Source: a virus (Duplodnaviria; Caudoviricetes). Taken from it: 25,684 bases of DNA. Location of the stretch: the IMG/VR virus record IMGVR_UViG_3300031997_000058, positions 1 to 25,684 of that record. One strand, given 5' to 3'. Every line of letters begins with the position of its first letter. Position 1 is the first letter of the stretch. The translations under genes were made by a program, and so were the position numbers. Below the pieces are notes generated by a model that was not told where the DNA came from, ran no database searches, and worked only from the letters and a program-made list of their open reading frames with translations. This document shows positions 1 to 12,600 of this stretch, in pieces.

Positions 1-690
1 AGCCCTATTCAAAGCCTGTTCTGCGCGAGCGTTGGCCAAGGTAGCAAGCGTCCTTACAGTAGAAATCTCTTTAGTCATACCTTCCTGAGCCGTATCCAAA
101 GAAGCTAACCGAGTCTCTACGATACGGATAGACTGATCAATCTTTTGTCCCCGCTCTTCCAACATATTGGGGAAGGCTTCTGTGGCAGCCAGTGCTTTAC
201 TAGCATCGGTATTAGCTGTTGTAATATCGCTAACCAGGGCGTCGACCTGCTTCTGTGTATCGGCCAGCCCCGTCTCCAGGGTATCCACCTTATCGCCCTG
301 ACTGGCTGTTCTAATTATAATATCATTTAGTTCAGTATCAAAGGTTGCGAGGGTCTCTGTTAGCGCAGTAATAGCTTCTGTATTTTGAGTAACCGTAGTG
401 CTGACTGTGGAAACTTCAACGGTCGCCTTATCCACTGTCGACGTTAAAGTGGTTACACTATCATCTAGAGAAGCAACTCGCGCTATAACACTTTGTATTT
501 CTACAGGGTCAGGCACCTTAGCTTCCAAAGCAGTAACCTGTGTAGTTAGAGCATCGGTGGTTTGCTTACTCTCTGCTACCGCGGCATCTACTTTCTCAAA
601 TAGTATTTTATCTCTTATTCCTCCGGGCTGAACTTGAGTTTCTACCTCGGTTAACTTAAGTCTTATATCCGCTACCTCTGCTCCTACGCC
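1..690 (-). other. C-terminal heptad coiled-coil region of the TMP
   Basis: Thr/Ala-rich heptad-like sequence, e.g. VASLDDSVTTLTSTVDKATVEVSTVSTTVTQNTEAITALTETLATFDTELND and KVDTLETGLADTQKQVDALVSDI. Confidence 0.6.
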
Positions 691-3600
691 ACTTAGTCCG
701 GACAAAGCCCCCGTTACCTCACTTAAGTTACTCACAGAGACAGTGAGGCTGGGATTGGTTACTTCAACTTTTAGATTCTTATCAAATGCCGTGGACATAG
801 CCTCGCCTACGGAGGTTATACTTTGTGTAAGAGTCTCTGGTATCTTAACTCCCTGAGAAGTTAAGGTTGATAGCAAACCACTTATCTGTGCCAGGGCCTG
901 CGTTAACGCTTGAGTATCTGGGGCTACGGCCGTCGGAGTGGTTGTAGGCGCATTCAAAGTTGCATCGGCCTGTCTGGTAGACCCCGCGGCATTTAGTTGC
1001 CCACCAGCATCCTTTGTAGTTACAATGGACGAGGGAGAAGCTGTTGCGTTTCCAAAAGTAGCTCTAGCCTCCGCTTCCTTAGCCAGGTTCATGTTAGTTC
1101 TACTTGCCGTTTGAGGTTTCCAAATTTGCATATCTTCCATGTTGGGAGCAGAAGGCATAGCGGTCATATTAGGAGGAGTCTTACCAAACCCGGAAGATAT
1201 GGCGTCTAGTTGAGCGCGGGTAAGCGGAGTAGAGGTAGTTGGAGAAGGCGTGGGGGTAGAGATCGCTGAGGTAGAAGGCCCCCGGTCGCTAAAGGTAGGA
1301 TTACCGTTCGCGTCAACGCCCCGTACCATTCGACTAGTACCTAAAATACTACCTGTCTCCGTACCGATGCCCCCCTGGCTTGAGGACCCAGGACCTGCAG
1401 GTCCTGCGGCAGCTGCGGCAGAGGCTGCGGATGCCGCAGATGCGGCTGTATTAGTAGAAATCTGTGATAGCCAATCGTTAGTAACATCCCCGACACTATT
1501 CAAAACCCCACCAATACCAGCAACTAGGGGGTTAACCAGGTTATCTCTAGCTTTAGTTGTCTCAACTTTACTAGCTTTTTCCTCAGCAATACCTTTCAAT
1601 TTAGTAGCTAGTCGCTGAGCGTCCTCTAAAGCCGGAATTCCTTGGAACTTAAGTTCTCCCCCAACGTTAGTCGCTTTTTCAGACGTAACCAGCTGATTAC
1701 CCAGAGTTTCAGCAAAGTCTTTTGCTAATTTTGCCTCGTCTGTTCCTGCCCCCAGATTCCCGCTAGCAAGCATATCTTTCATCATACTTCTCAGTTGTTC
1801 AGCTTGCCCCTGTTGGTCCTTTAACTTAGAAGTTTGTATAGCTTGCTTTTCTGTTATCTTAGCTTCTTCTTCATCAAAGTCTATCTGCTTTTTGGCTTTC
1901 TCGTGGGCATCCATATCAGCTTTAGAATGTGGACGACCCGTATCATATTCTTTATCGAGATCTAAACGCTTATTTTCGAATTGGGTTCTAAAACCAGGCT
2001 GACCTACACGCGCGAACGGACCTTCTAAATCAGAGAAATGTTCGCCGGCCTTTAAAATACTCTCTTTTAATGTGTTAGGATCTAGTTCCTGTGCCTGTTT
2101 AAAAGCATCAATAGTCTCTTGAATCTTAGTTGAGAACTCCTGTATAGCCGCCCCTAATCGCAAAGATTCTGCTACTCGCGTCATCTCCGCGGTACCTTCT
2201 TGCATACCACCCGTCAACTCTTTGTGAGCGTCAAGGTATGCTTTCAAAATCTTTATACCCTGCTCCTTAGCTATCTTAGCATTTTCTACCGCAGTTTCTT
2301 GCTCTGTATCTTTTTTATTTTTTGCAAATTCAGGAGTAGAAACCTTTGTGGCCACCTCTTTTCTGGCAGCGGCCGCTATAGAAGGTTGTCCAAGCAGTTC
2401 TTGTTGAATAGCTAATTCTTTTGGTTGTAGCATAGCTCGACCCGATGCTATCATCGAACTGCTTCCAGGTAACGTACTGCTAGCCTCTAGGGACAGCTGG
2501 CTTTGCACCGCAGCCAACTCTTTCTTAAGTCTATCAATAGTTTTTTGTTCTGCTTCCGGAACACCAGGTGTGGCTACCGAAGTTGGCGCACTAAATTTAA
2601 GATAGTCGTTCTGACCCCAACCCCCTTCCTTTTTCTCACTGGTTATTCCAAACAAACTTTGCAACGTACTCTCAAGATTTTTCGGACCTTCTGCTTTTCC
2701 TAATGCAGACATAAGTTCCGAACCACTTTTCTTAGCAAGACCACCCTCGACAATAGCTTTTTTTTCTTCCGGAGATTTGGCAGCCAATACTTCTTTAATC
2801 AAACCTAACTCTGCTAATATATTGTCTTGCACAGACGTTTGCTTCTGCATTTCCTCAAGAGGCATCTTAGCGGAATCTTCTATGGCCTTAACTAAAGTCT
2901 GTTGCTCCTTAGATAGCATCCCCTTTCCGGCCTGAATGCTCGCCGTTTCTTTATTAAGTCTTTCATTTCCTTTGGAAAGATCCCTTACCATCTCGGTTAT
3001 AGAACGTTTTGTTTTTTCTAAATCTACAAGCCCTGTACTTTGAATCTCCCGCTGCTTCTCCCTAACAGCTAGGTTGCTCACCCCTTGAGAAAACTTAGGA
3101 CCTAGAGCCTTCTGTAACCGCTCCATGCCAGTAAGTTCTTTTTCAGACTTGCCCAAGGTTACGTTGGGCATCTGTGACAACCCGGATAAAGCCCCGCTCG
3201 TATGGGTAAGAGTCTTAAAGCGAACCTCCTCTTCTAAAGCGGCGTCCTTGACGGCATCCGATGTCTTTTCCATAACAGTCTGCAATTCGTACATCGCTTG
3301 CGTAAGATGCGCTATATAAGATAGTTGAAAGCCTTCTTTCATAAGTTTAACCATGCTTTCTCTATCAGCATCTAACATAATAGTTAACTGTTGACTGCCT
3401 TTTCCAAAGCCGGCCATGGCCTCGGCAGGGTTTGAATCATCTAAATCTTCATTAAATTTCTTAGCAGCTTCGGCCCACTCCGCCTGCACTCTAGAAAGTC
3501 TTTCTACCTGTGCCGATATACCGGGGTCTGTAAGCATTCTTTGTTCTGGAGCTACGTCGCGCATTCTAGCAGGACCTATATTAACTGCGGCCTGAGGAAT

Positions 3601-6600
3601 ATGGAACCCTGCTAATACCCCTGTAAATTGAGTAGTAAGTAATTTCTTGGTCTTCTCAGATTCTTCTATAATTTTTTCTTTCGGAAAAATAGCCATAAGA
3701 CCGTCGCTGACAGCAGATCCGGCGTCCGCAGATGCTTCTTGCCAAGATTTAGTAACAGAGTTAAAGAATCTAAATGTTAATGCTCCGGTTTCCTTATCTA
3801 ACTCCATAAAACCATTTCTGGCAGAACGAATACTCTCTTGCATTTCCCGAGGCTGTTTCTCAAAAGTTTCCATTTCTTTAGACAGGCCTAAAAGAGAAGC
3901 CGCTGCTTTATTTGTAAGTATTCCAATATCTCCAGATTTAAGAGGACCGGCCGTCTTCGGACTTTCGGGCAATACCCCTTTTGCGATCATAGCATTACTA
4001 ACAAGAGCCGGGTTGGTGCCCGTGGTATAATCAACAGTACCCCCTAGTCCATAAGACTTAGCCATTTCTTTAAACTCTACCGATCCTAAGGTGGCCCCCT
4101 TACCAAAAGCCCCTGTGGCCGCCCCCGCCCCTATACCGGTGGTCAACTCCGGATTACTAAGAAGGGCCGCCTGCGCCGAAGTATCCTTTAATACTGGCAT
4201 TTCTTCAAGTACCCGCTTCATCTGAAGACCAATAGCTAAAGCCTCCCCACGCAGCTGGACTTCCTCCGCTACCGCCTCGTTACTCTGCATCTGAAGCCCC
4301 AGAGAAGACTGGCCGCTATCCGCCAACTTCTTTCTAGCTTCTCCTATCGCTCTCAATCTATCTTGCGATGCTTTTAGATCACCGGCCAGCGAGTATTCCT
4401 TACCAATGCCTAGTACCTTAGACGGTAAACTCTTAAAAATATTCCAAGCCCCTTTTGCCTTAGTTAACTCATTAGAATACGCGGTTATTGTTTTTATTTG
4501 CAACGCCGCAGCGATAGAACGTTGTGCGTCCGCAGCAGAATTAGCTACGTTCTTAAATCCTTCATCTATGTGCATAATATAATCACCGGTCTCAGAAAGA
4601 CCTTCGATACTGCTAGGATCAAATACCGCCGTAGCCTCAGCAATTTTTTGGTAAGTTTTTTGATAGTCTTGCCCCGCCTTAGCGGGTCCTACATAAGTTC
4701 CAGATTCTAACTGCTCCCTTAGATTAGTGCCAGACGCTAAATTGGAAACTGACTTTTTATATCTATCATACGAGGCCGCTAGTGTGTTTACCTTAGATGC
4801 CTGGGAAGCATACTGACTAGCCAAATCTAAACTTTGACCAACTTGATCCTCAGAACCAGCCTCAACTTCTTTACCTGTTATATTAAGTTTATTATATGCA
4901 TGAATCAATAAACCTAGAGCCGCGACCACTACGCCTATACCCGTAGTGATCATTATAGTCTTACCAAAAGCCATCCAAGCTGCACTAGCAACCTCTAGTC
5001 CACGCGCCATCCCTGTCAAACTGTTTCCAAACTTCGCATTGACCGCTGCGGCCCCCTGAACATCCGCCATGAACGTACGAATACTTTTTGCTGGCTTATC
5101 CAATACCTGTGTTAGAAGACCCGCCCCCTGTAACCCCGCACCAACGTCCCCTACCTTACTTAGACCTCCAAATAATCCCCTACCTGCACTAACTGGGGCC
5201 ATAGCAACACTTTTCAACATAGAACTGAATTTACCAAGCTTGGGCCCTGCCTCAGAAGCAACTCCCCCAATATCCCTAAAAGTATTCATGGCTATCCAGC
5301 CAAGTTTATTTATTCCTATGAAAGCTGTCCCACCTACCGCTAATACCTGTAAGAATATCTCTGGAAGGGAACTAACCGCGTTAGCTATCCCGGATATAGT
5401 CTTTATAACCGCGGTACCGGCGGGCAACATCGATTTACCCACGGCTAATCCCAGCCCCGCAAAAGTTTGCTTTAACACCTCTATCTGCTTAGCCGCAGTT
5501 TGCATTGCTAGGGCATTCTTCTTCGCAGCAAAACCTTGAGCATTTTGTGAATCTGCAGACGCCTCAGTAACTTCAGAAAAGTTTTTCATAAGAACAATAA
5601 AATCATTATAATGTCTAGTGCCCGCCATAGCTTGCGCAATAGCTAACTGTTCTGAGCGATTTAATGTATCCCAACTACCCGCCAACTCAGCGAGCACGTC
5701 CATAGCTGGGCGTATATTTCCAACCATATCCTGAGTACTTACACCTTGGGCACCCAGCGCCTTTTGGGCCTTAACGCTACCGAACTGTTTAAACATGAAA
5801 CGCATGGCTGTACCCACTTCTGTACCAGTCTTTCGTGTAACTGATCCAATAGCTGTAACCATGCCCATAAAATCATTAAAACCGACACCTGCAGATTTGG
5901 CAGCCATACCGGTGCGACTCACGGCCTGAGCTAAGTCCTTCGCTGTAACCGCGTGTTTAGCAGCCACGGACCCCCATGAATCTACGAAAGTTTCGCTACT
6001 CTCTATCTCATCACCGAACTGTTTGGTGGCAGCAGTTAAAGCATTGGTAGCTTCTTCAGATGTAAGTGTGGTAACGTTTACAGCTAACATCGTAGCGCGA
6101 GTTCTGTCCATAATCTCAATAGATTTAAGCCCCTGTTGCGCATAGACTTCCATACCCTTAATGACTTCGGTTATAGGTGCCCCAAATTCTTTAGCCATCC
6201 CAACAGCGGCATCTTGCATCTTATCAAAGTTAGTTATAGTAGTATCCATAACCTTCTTGAGTTCAAACATTCCCGTCTGTACTTCAGTTATGGTTGTGAC
6301 TAAATTCTGGAAAACTCTAACTGCTCCGTAAACTATACCCGTAGCCATACCCCACTGACCTACACGCATTAGAGCATTTTTAAGTTTATTACCAAAATTA
6401 TCAGTAGCTATTCCGGCCTGGGTCATATGCGCCACAAAAGCACCGGAGGCCCTATCAAACTTAAAAGCGGCCTGTAGTTTCTGTAGAGTCTCACCTGTCT
6501 TAGGACTGATAATCTGACCGGAGATGGGTTCGAATTTAGTTTGCCCCGTAGCCTTATGAACCTGTGTTCGCTCTATAGCCGCCTCTTTTGCTCTTGCTTC

Positions 6601-9600
6601 AAAAGCCCGGCTTTGTTCTCTAAACGCAGCTATCGGGTCCTCAACTGTTTTAGCAGAAACTGCCCTAGTAGACTTAGTACTTGCTTTTAATGCCGCTATA
6701 TCTGCTGTGGACGTAACCGCACCGAACTTAGGAAGCTGTCGCCCTAGAACCGCAGCGGAGTCGGCAATGTTCTTAAAACCTACAGCAGTTCCCGAGGCCT
6801 CACCATCTAAAGTTTCTGCGAGCCCCGTAAGTTTACGCATGATTACCAGTACTTTTGCTAAATGGGTTGCAAACTGTTCTGGGTGTTTTTCTAATTCAGC
6901 CAGGATAATTCCCCACTGGGCCGTGGCGTCTTTTCCGGCAACCACTTCATTTACAACTTTCTCGAGCATACCCGCCATGCCCTTAAACTGTGCGCCTTCC
7001 GCCCCACGCCCACCAACTTCACTAATAATGGCCGAAGCCGACCCCGGTCTGGGTTGTACTCCAGCCGCCCGTGCCTCAACATTTGGAATACCTTTATTAG
7101 AGGCGATAATAGAATTTATTCTTCCCGTACCCTTACCAGACCTAGCTAAAGTGGAAGAAGCTTCTGAAATTATTTGATCAGTTTTAGCTTCTAATTCATT
7201 AATAGCAACCTGGAACTCCGTTGAACCAGTCTTTCCTTCTGACTGTAACGTCTGTATGGCTTTAACCAACACCCTTCGCTCATTCAATAAGTATGTTAAT
7301 CTGGCGGCCTGAAACTCTTTATCTAGTTTAGCTAATTCTAGATAAGGACTCACGCCCTGCGATTTTGGAAGCTGCTCGAGAGCCGCACTATAAACGCGTC
7401 GCTCTTTTGTCACTTGCTCTTTAAATGCAGAATACGTTCTAGGACTACCGTACGGACTCTTACCGGGCACAGCCCCTTGTGCTTGTTTCAAAAGGGCGAG
7501 CATCTGATCACCCCTATCTGCGCCCCGCACAAGTTGGGGTTCTTCCGTACCGAGTTTCCCTCCTTTAAGTTCACGTCCACGAGTCAGCCGGTGTTCTTCT
7601 CTACCCAGCGTCACCGCCCTTTCCATAGTGTTTCCACGCTCTAAAATCTCATCCAAACGCTCTTTACCTGGGTATTGCGGAGGAATAGCATGAACCATCC
7701 GTGCAGCGACCCTGGTCTGTGCAGCTTTTCTGGCCGCGGCCGGTGAAGCCCCCACAGAGGCGGTCAAACCTTGAAGAACAGAAGAACTTAGTTGGGTACC
7801 AAAATTATAAATTTCCTTTTCCGCTTCCGGAAGAAGACCTAGAAGCTCGGTCCCCATCCGGCGTATAGCATCTTGAAGTGCATCAGGTAAACCTTTTAAC
7901 AACTTATCAAGCTGTGGCTTTTGTGCTGCAGGAGCTAAAGCCTCCTGTGCCATACTATCTATATAGATGTCATTCAATTTCTTTAGAGCTTTAGCAGAAA
8001 CCTTAGTTTTGGCCTTACTCCCCGGTGTAAGCGCAACCGTTTCTTCCCCGGCCTGCAGGGCATCACGCATTAGCCCGACCCCCGCGGCCTTTGCTTTAAC
8101 AATACGTTTCTCATCTAACCTAGAGCGTAACTCCCTTACACCCGGCGTAGAACTATCTCTCAAAATTAATTTAAGTTCCTCGAGAGGCTCAATGGCACCC
8201 TTGTTCATCAAAGCATGAAGATTCTCGTGCGTAAGTGTTCCGGTAAGCTTCATAATAGCCGCAGACATCTCATTAAGTAATTCAGGTGTTGCTGCTAATT
8301 CTCCCCGTCCCATTTGCTCTAATTGAGCAAAAACCTTCTCTATCGGTGCCAGTATGCCTTCCGCCGACAAAGAAATAGCACCGCCCTGTTTAGTTTTTTT
8401 AGTTATACCCAGTGGGGCCGGACCCTGCCCAGCCATCTGGGGAAACTGCGCCTCAAAGTCTGCCAGAGTATGTACTCGTATTTTGTCTTTAAAAGAATTT
8501 ATATATTTAGTCAGACCGGCGTGTAAACTCTTAGCTATTTTACTAGCAGCGGCATCTCCACCCTCATCTGAGAACTGAAAAGTATCGTTAGGTAATCGTT
8601 CTACGGTCTTTCTAAGGCGTGCCTCTAACGGTAGCGCTTCTGAAGCCCTAACCCCACGTTTCCTTGTAGCATATACATCTGGGTGTAGAATAGACTCTGC
8701 CGCATTTAAATTTAAGCCCCTTGGCCCCGACATCTGTCGCCTAACTTCTTTTTCAGCGTCTGTCTGCGACATACTTTTGCCCCGCTGTAGGGCTTTTATT
8801 GATTCTTGAATTAATACTTCCTGTATTTTATGTAGAAAAGTAGGAAAAGACTCCTTCTGAACTTGCTTCTCTATCTCGGCTTTCCAATTTCCTCCTTTCC
8901 CTGTAGTAATTGGCTTACCCACAACTTTAGATAACTTTGCCGGATCCATAGACTCATAAAATTCTCGGCGCTTAGACATTAATGCATCATTTTCCTTTCC
9001 TAACTTCTCAAATTCTCCACCTTTACCCATACCTTTAATAATAGTTTCTACACCCCCCATCTTACCGAGATGCTCAAGAAATTTAAAAGCAGGCATATCC
9101 GAAAGTTTTATATCAGCTCCACCATGCTTTGTAGCTAGCGCCTGGTTTATATTAAGCATTATATGGGTTAGACCAGACGCAAAATGCTCACTCCCTCTCA
9201 GAGTTTTGGCAGTCAATGTCTCGAGCTGAACATAACTAGAGGTAGCTAACCCCGTAGATAGTTTAGGAGAAATCAGTTTTTGGGAAGCTTCGGCTTCTGC
9301 TGGGCCCTGACTCGGACGCAACGTAGTACCCAATTCTCCTGCCGCGTACTTTCTTCCTTTAGCCCCAGCAACTTCCTTCATCCGTACATCTAACTCTTTA
9401 GGACTTATAGAAACAATAGACTCTTCTAATTTATCTCTAAGTCTTCCTAAAATTCCCCCAATGCTATAAGAATCTTGTTGTAGTACTCGTCTAAGATTAG
9501 ACATCTCGGCAGATACTTCTTTAGTTAGCCCCGCGTGCAAAACTATAGCATCCCCATCCAAATCTAGATTCTGAGATGCGTGCGCAAAGTTCGAACGAAG

Positions 9601-12600
9601 ACCATCTAATGCTACTTCTAAATCACGTATATTCTTACGAACCTCCGGAGATGACGCTCCCCCTGCTCCGCGAACCTGGTTCAAAAGTCTTGCTTTTTCT
9701 GCTTCCAGAGGTGCACGCATCTTCTCCTCTTTCTCTTTAGAAAGAAGCGTGGGTACCGTAGGTACAGCAAATTTACCACGTAGACTCTCATCCTCGGTAG
9801 TCTTTATTCTGGCAGAAACGAAACTAGCAGACCCCGTAGTAGGATACCTATGAGTAGAAACATCTTCGGTAAGAAGACGCTTCATCTCTTCCGCTACCCC
9901 CCTCCCTGTTTCTTTAGACACCGACGTCGCCCAGGAACGCACATCCCCCGTGTGCATCCCGATCTCACCCCGCTTCATTGTTTTTTCAGGCTGTATAGCC
10001 CGAGCTTCTCCTATAAGAGATAAAGATTCCCCCACGTCTTGCCCGGCAGCACCTAATTTTTTTAACTCTGTTTCTGCCGCGGCCAGGCCTTCCATTCTTT
10101 CCGCAGGATAACTTACAACACTGCCGTAAGGGGAAATAGAAGTAGAACCCTGCTTAGCTGCCGAAAGACTTCTAGCATTACCCGTACCCGGTCCTTCTAC
10201 AGCTGTTTGAAGAAGCTTCTTAATATAACTCTCACGCGCTGCTTGTTGTGCTTTATAAGCAGCAGCAATCTTCTCTGTATCCCCGGATAATTCAACACCA
10301 AATAGTTTTAATGCTTTTTGAAGCCGTGCTACTCTATTTGGCGTCTCTGGATCAAAAAGTTGACCAGTAGAAGCCAGAGCTTGATAGCCACCAATAGGTT
10401 TGTCCTGCCCAGGACGCTTAACGAGAACATCCCGCAAACGAAGCATCCGATGCATAGGGTCTTCGTTTTTATTTATATAAGATTCTGCCGTCTTCTCCGG
10501 ATAGTTTGTAACTTTTCCCTTAAACTTGTATTGCAAAGAGGCTGTAGACCCCTCACCGTGTACTAAGGACATCATCTTTTCATTAAATACTTTCGCTTGT
10601 GTACCTGCCTCTGTGGGATTTGTTTGTGCTAGCTTTCTAATACTGGCAACCTGCGCGTTAACGGCTTGGTTTATCTGATGAGTGGCCTCATCTAAACTCT
10701 CCTTACTAGTTGTATCTAACCCATCTAACGTTAAAGATAGGTGAGCCGCCGCAACTCTAAGGTGTTCCAGTTCGCGTGTAAGTTTCCCAACCCCTATAGC
10801 CCCGGTAGTATCTTTTTCAAACTTGTCTCTACCCCCAGGTGTCCCTATAGCCGGGACCCTAAATTGCTCAGTGGTACCCGTTGGACTTCTAAGTGGCATT
10901 GTAAAAGCCTTCTTATACTTTTCAGCATCTAAAAGTGTACCAGCGTAGGCTTCTGGAGGCTGGGTACCGTGAGGAAGAGGGGCTATTTCCCCGGGCAGAA
11001 CTTCTTTTAACCCTTCTTTAGTTACATCTAAACTTCCGTCTAAAGCTCGTAACTCTGTAATTAAATCAGAATACGTCGCAATTAATTTCTTGTGCTGTGT
11101 ATCTAGTTGCCTAGCCATAGCCGATTCTGCGCCATAAGCAGTTACTAGGGAAGCACGATCCGAGGAGGATATAAACCTCTTCTCTTGCATCAGCATTCCC
11201 TTTTCCTTACCCTCACCAAGAGAGCCGATATGCACCCCGCCAACCATTATACTTCGACCCTCGGGGGCTCCCCTACCTAATACTCCGCCTTTAACTGTAG
11301 ACATCCCCGTAAAACCTTTAAGTCCTAGTTCCTTAGATACACTCTCTATTGCTTGACTAAGGCTCATACCTGCCTTTACCATAGCGTGTTCCATCATCTC
11401 AGCTACTTTAGCAGAAGAAACTTTAGCCGCATCAGCCATTTCATTAGTCATAGCCTCACTAAAATCTCGTATACTCTGCCGCTTCATCGCCCCCCGCTGC
11501 CCCAGCACTGCTTCTATAGGCCTACCCCTTTTGTCTTTACCCAGATTCTCTTCTAAACGTACTACACCCTTAATACCTCCCCGCGTATTAACTTTACTGC
11601 CCGTAGTCATTGGCATAGTCTGTTCCACGGTAACCGCTAAGACGTCTATCCCATCCTCGATACGCTTAGAAATACTTTTTACTTTGGCTGCGGTACCCTT
11701 TAAATCAAAGGCAACGTCCTCGTCCTTAAAACCCTTACCCATAAACTGCTTATGCGTAAGGGTCATACCTTCGACAACACCCTCAGTAACCTCTTTTAAG
11801 ACCAGTGTCTCTGTCTTTAAAATACTCATATTCTTAGCCGCAGACTTTAATATCAAAATCATATCTTCTGTAACATCCGGCATATCTACAAAGGCCGTAC
11901 GTAATTCTCTTCCTTGCTTAGAACTTATATTTCCAGACTCCATTAGAGAACGCTCTCGAGTACCCATGACTCTAGGGGCTGTTCCCTCGAGCATTTCCCT
12001 TACCTGTGTTGGTTGAAAAGATCTTGCGGGATTTATAGCCCCAGATCCAAGATGCCCTGCGCCTGCAAACGGTATAGTCTGAACAGGCAGTTCCGCCTTA
12101 TACTCACTAGCCTTCATCTCATCAGTTATTTTAGGAAACTTTGCCTTACCTACAGAACCCTCAGATAGTCCTACGAGAGTAGCCGTTTCTACCCCCAACT
12201 CTTTTAACTTTGAATTAAGTTCTCCTAGCCATCTGACCACCTGAATAATTTGTAGACGTTCTTCTTCTAATTTTTTAAGATGCTCAAACTGCTCTTCAGT
12301 AGGTTTAAAATGAACCGTTGCTTCTCCACTTTTCTCTGTAGAAGCCATACCCTTGTTTTCTTCATGCGCAGGTAACTCTGCAACTACAGTATTTATTACT
12401 TTCTGTAATTGAGAAACTGCCTGTGCTGGACGGAATACACCTCCTTCAGCGGCACGCTGCAGAACACTACGCTCATCTTTTCCGGGTTTAACTCTGTTTA
12501 GCTCAGTAAGTATACCCTCCAGTTTATTAGCTACTTTAACAACCTTTCCTCCAAAAACTTCAATATCTCTGGTGACCACCCGTACGATACCTGCACCGGA

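Noticed and set aside
3915-4020. TNPALVSNAMIAKGV..PLKSGDIGIL resembles an NlpC/P60 or CHAP hydrolase pattern
   Set aside because: There is no catalytic Cys or clear His. At most a degenerate remnant, so no muralytic domain is claimed.
4531-6780. GFKNIADSAA (6751-6780) versus GFKNVANSAA (4531-4560), flanking the TP901 core
   Set aside because: An 8/10 match of common residues with no extension, which I cannot distinguish from chance.
8506-9540. Peptide LHAGLTK occurs twice (9520-9540 and 8506-8526) with different codons
   Set aside because: The flanks do not align, and one 7-mer match is plausible by chance in a 4600-aa biased protein. Worth revisiting only if cleavage sites map there.
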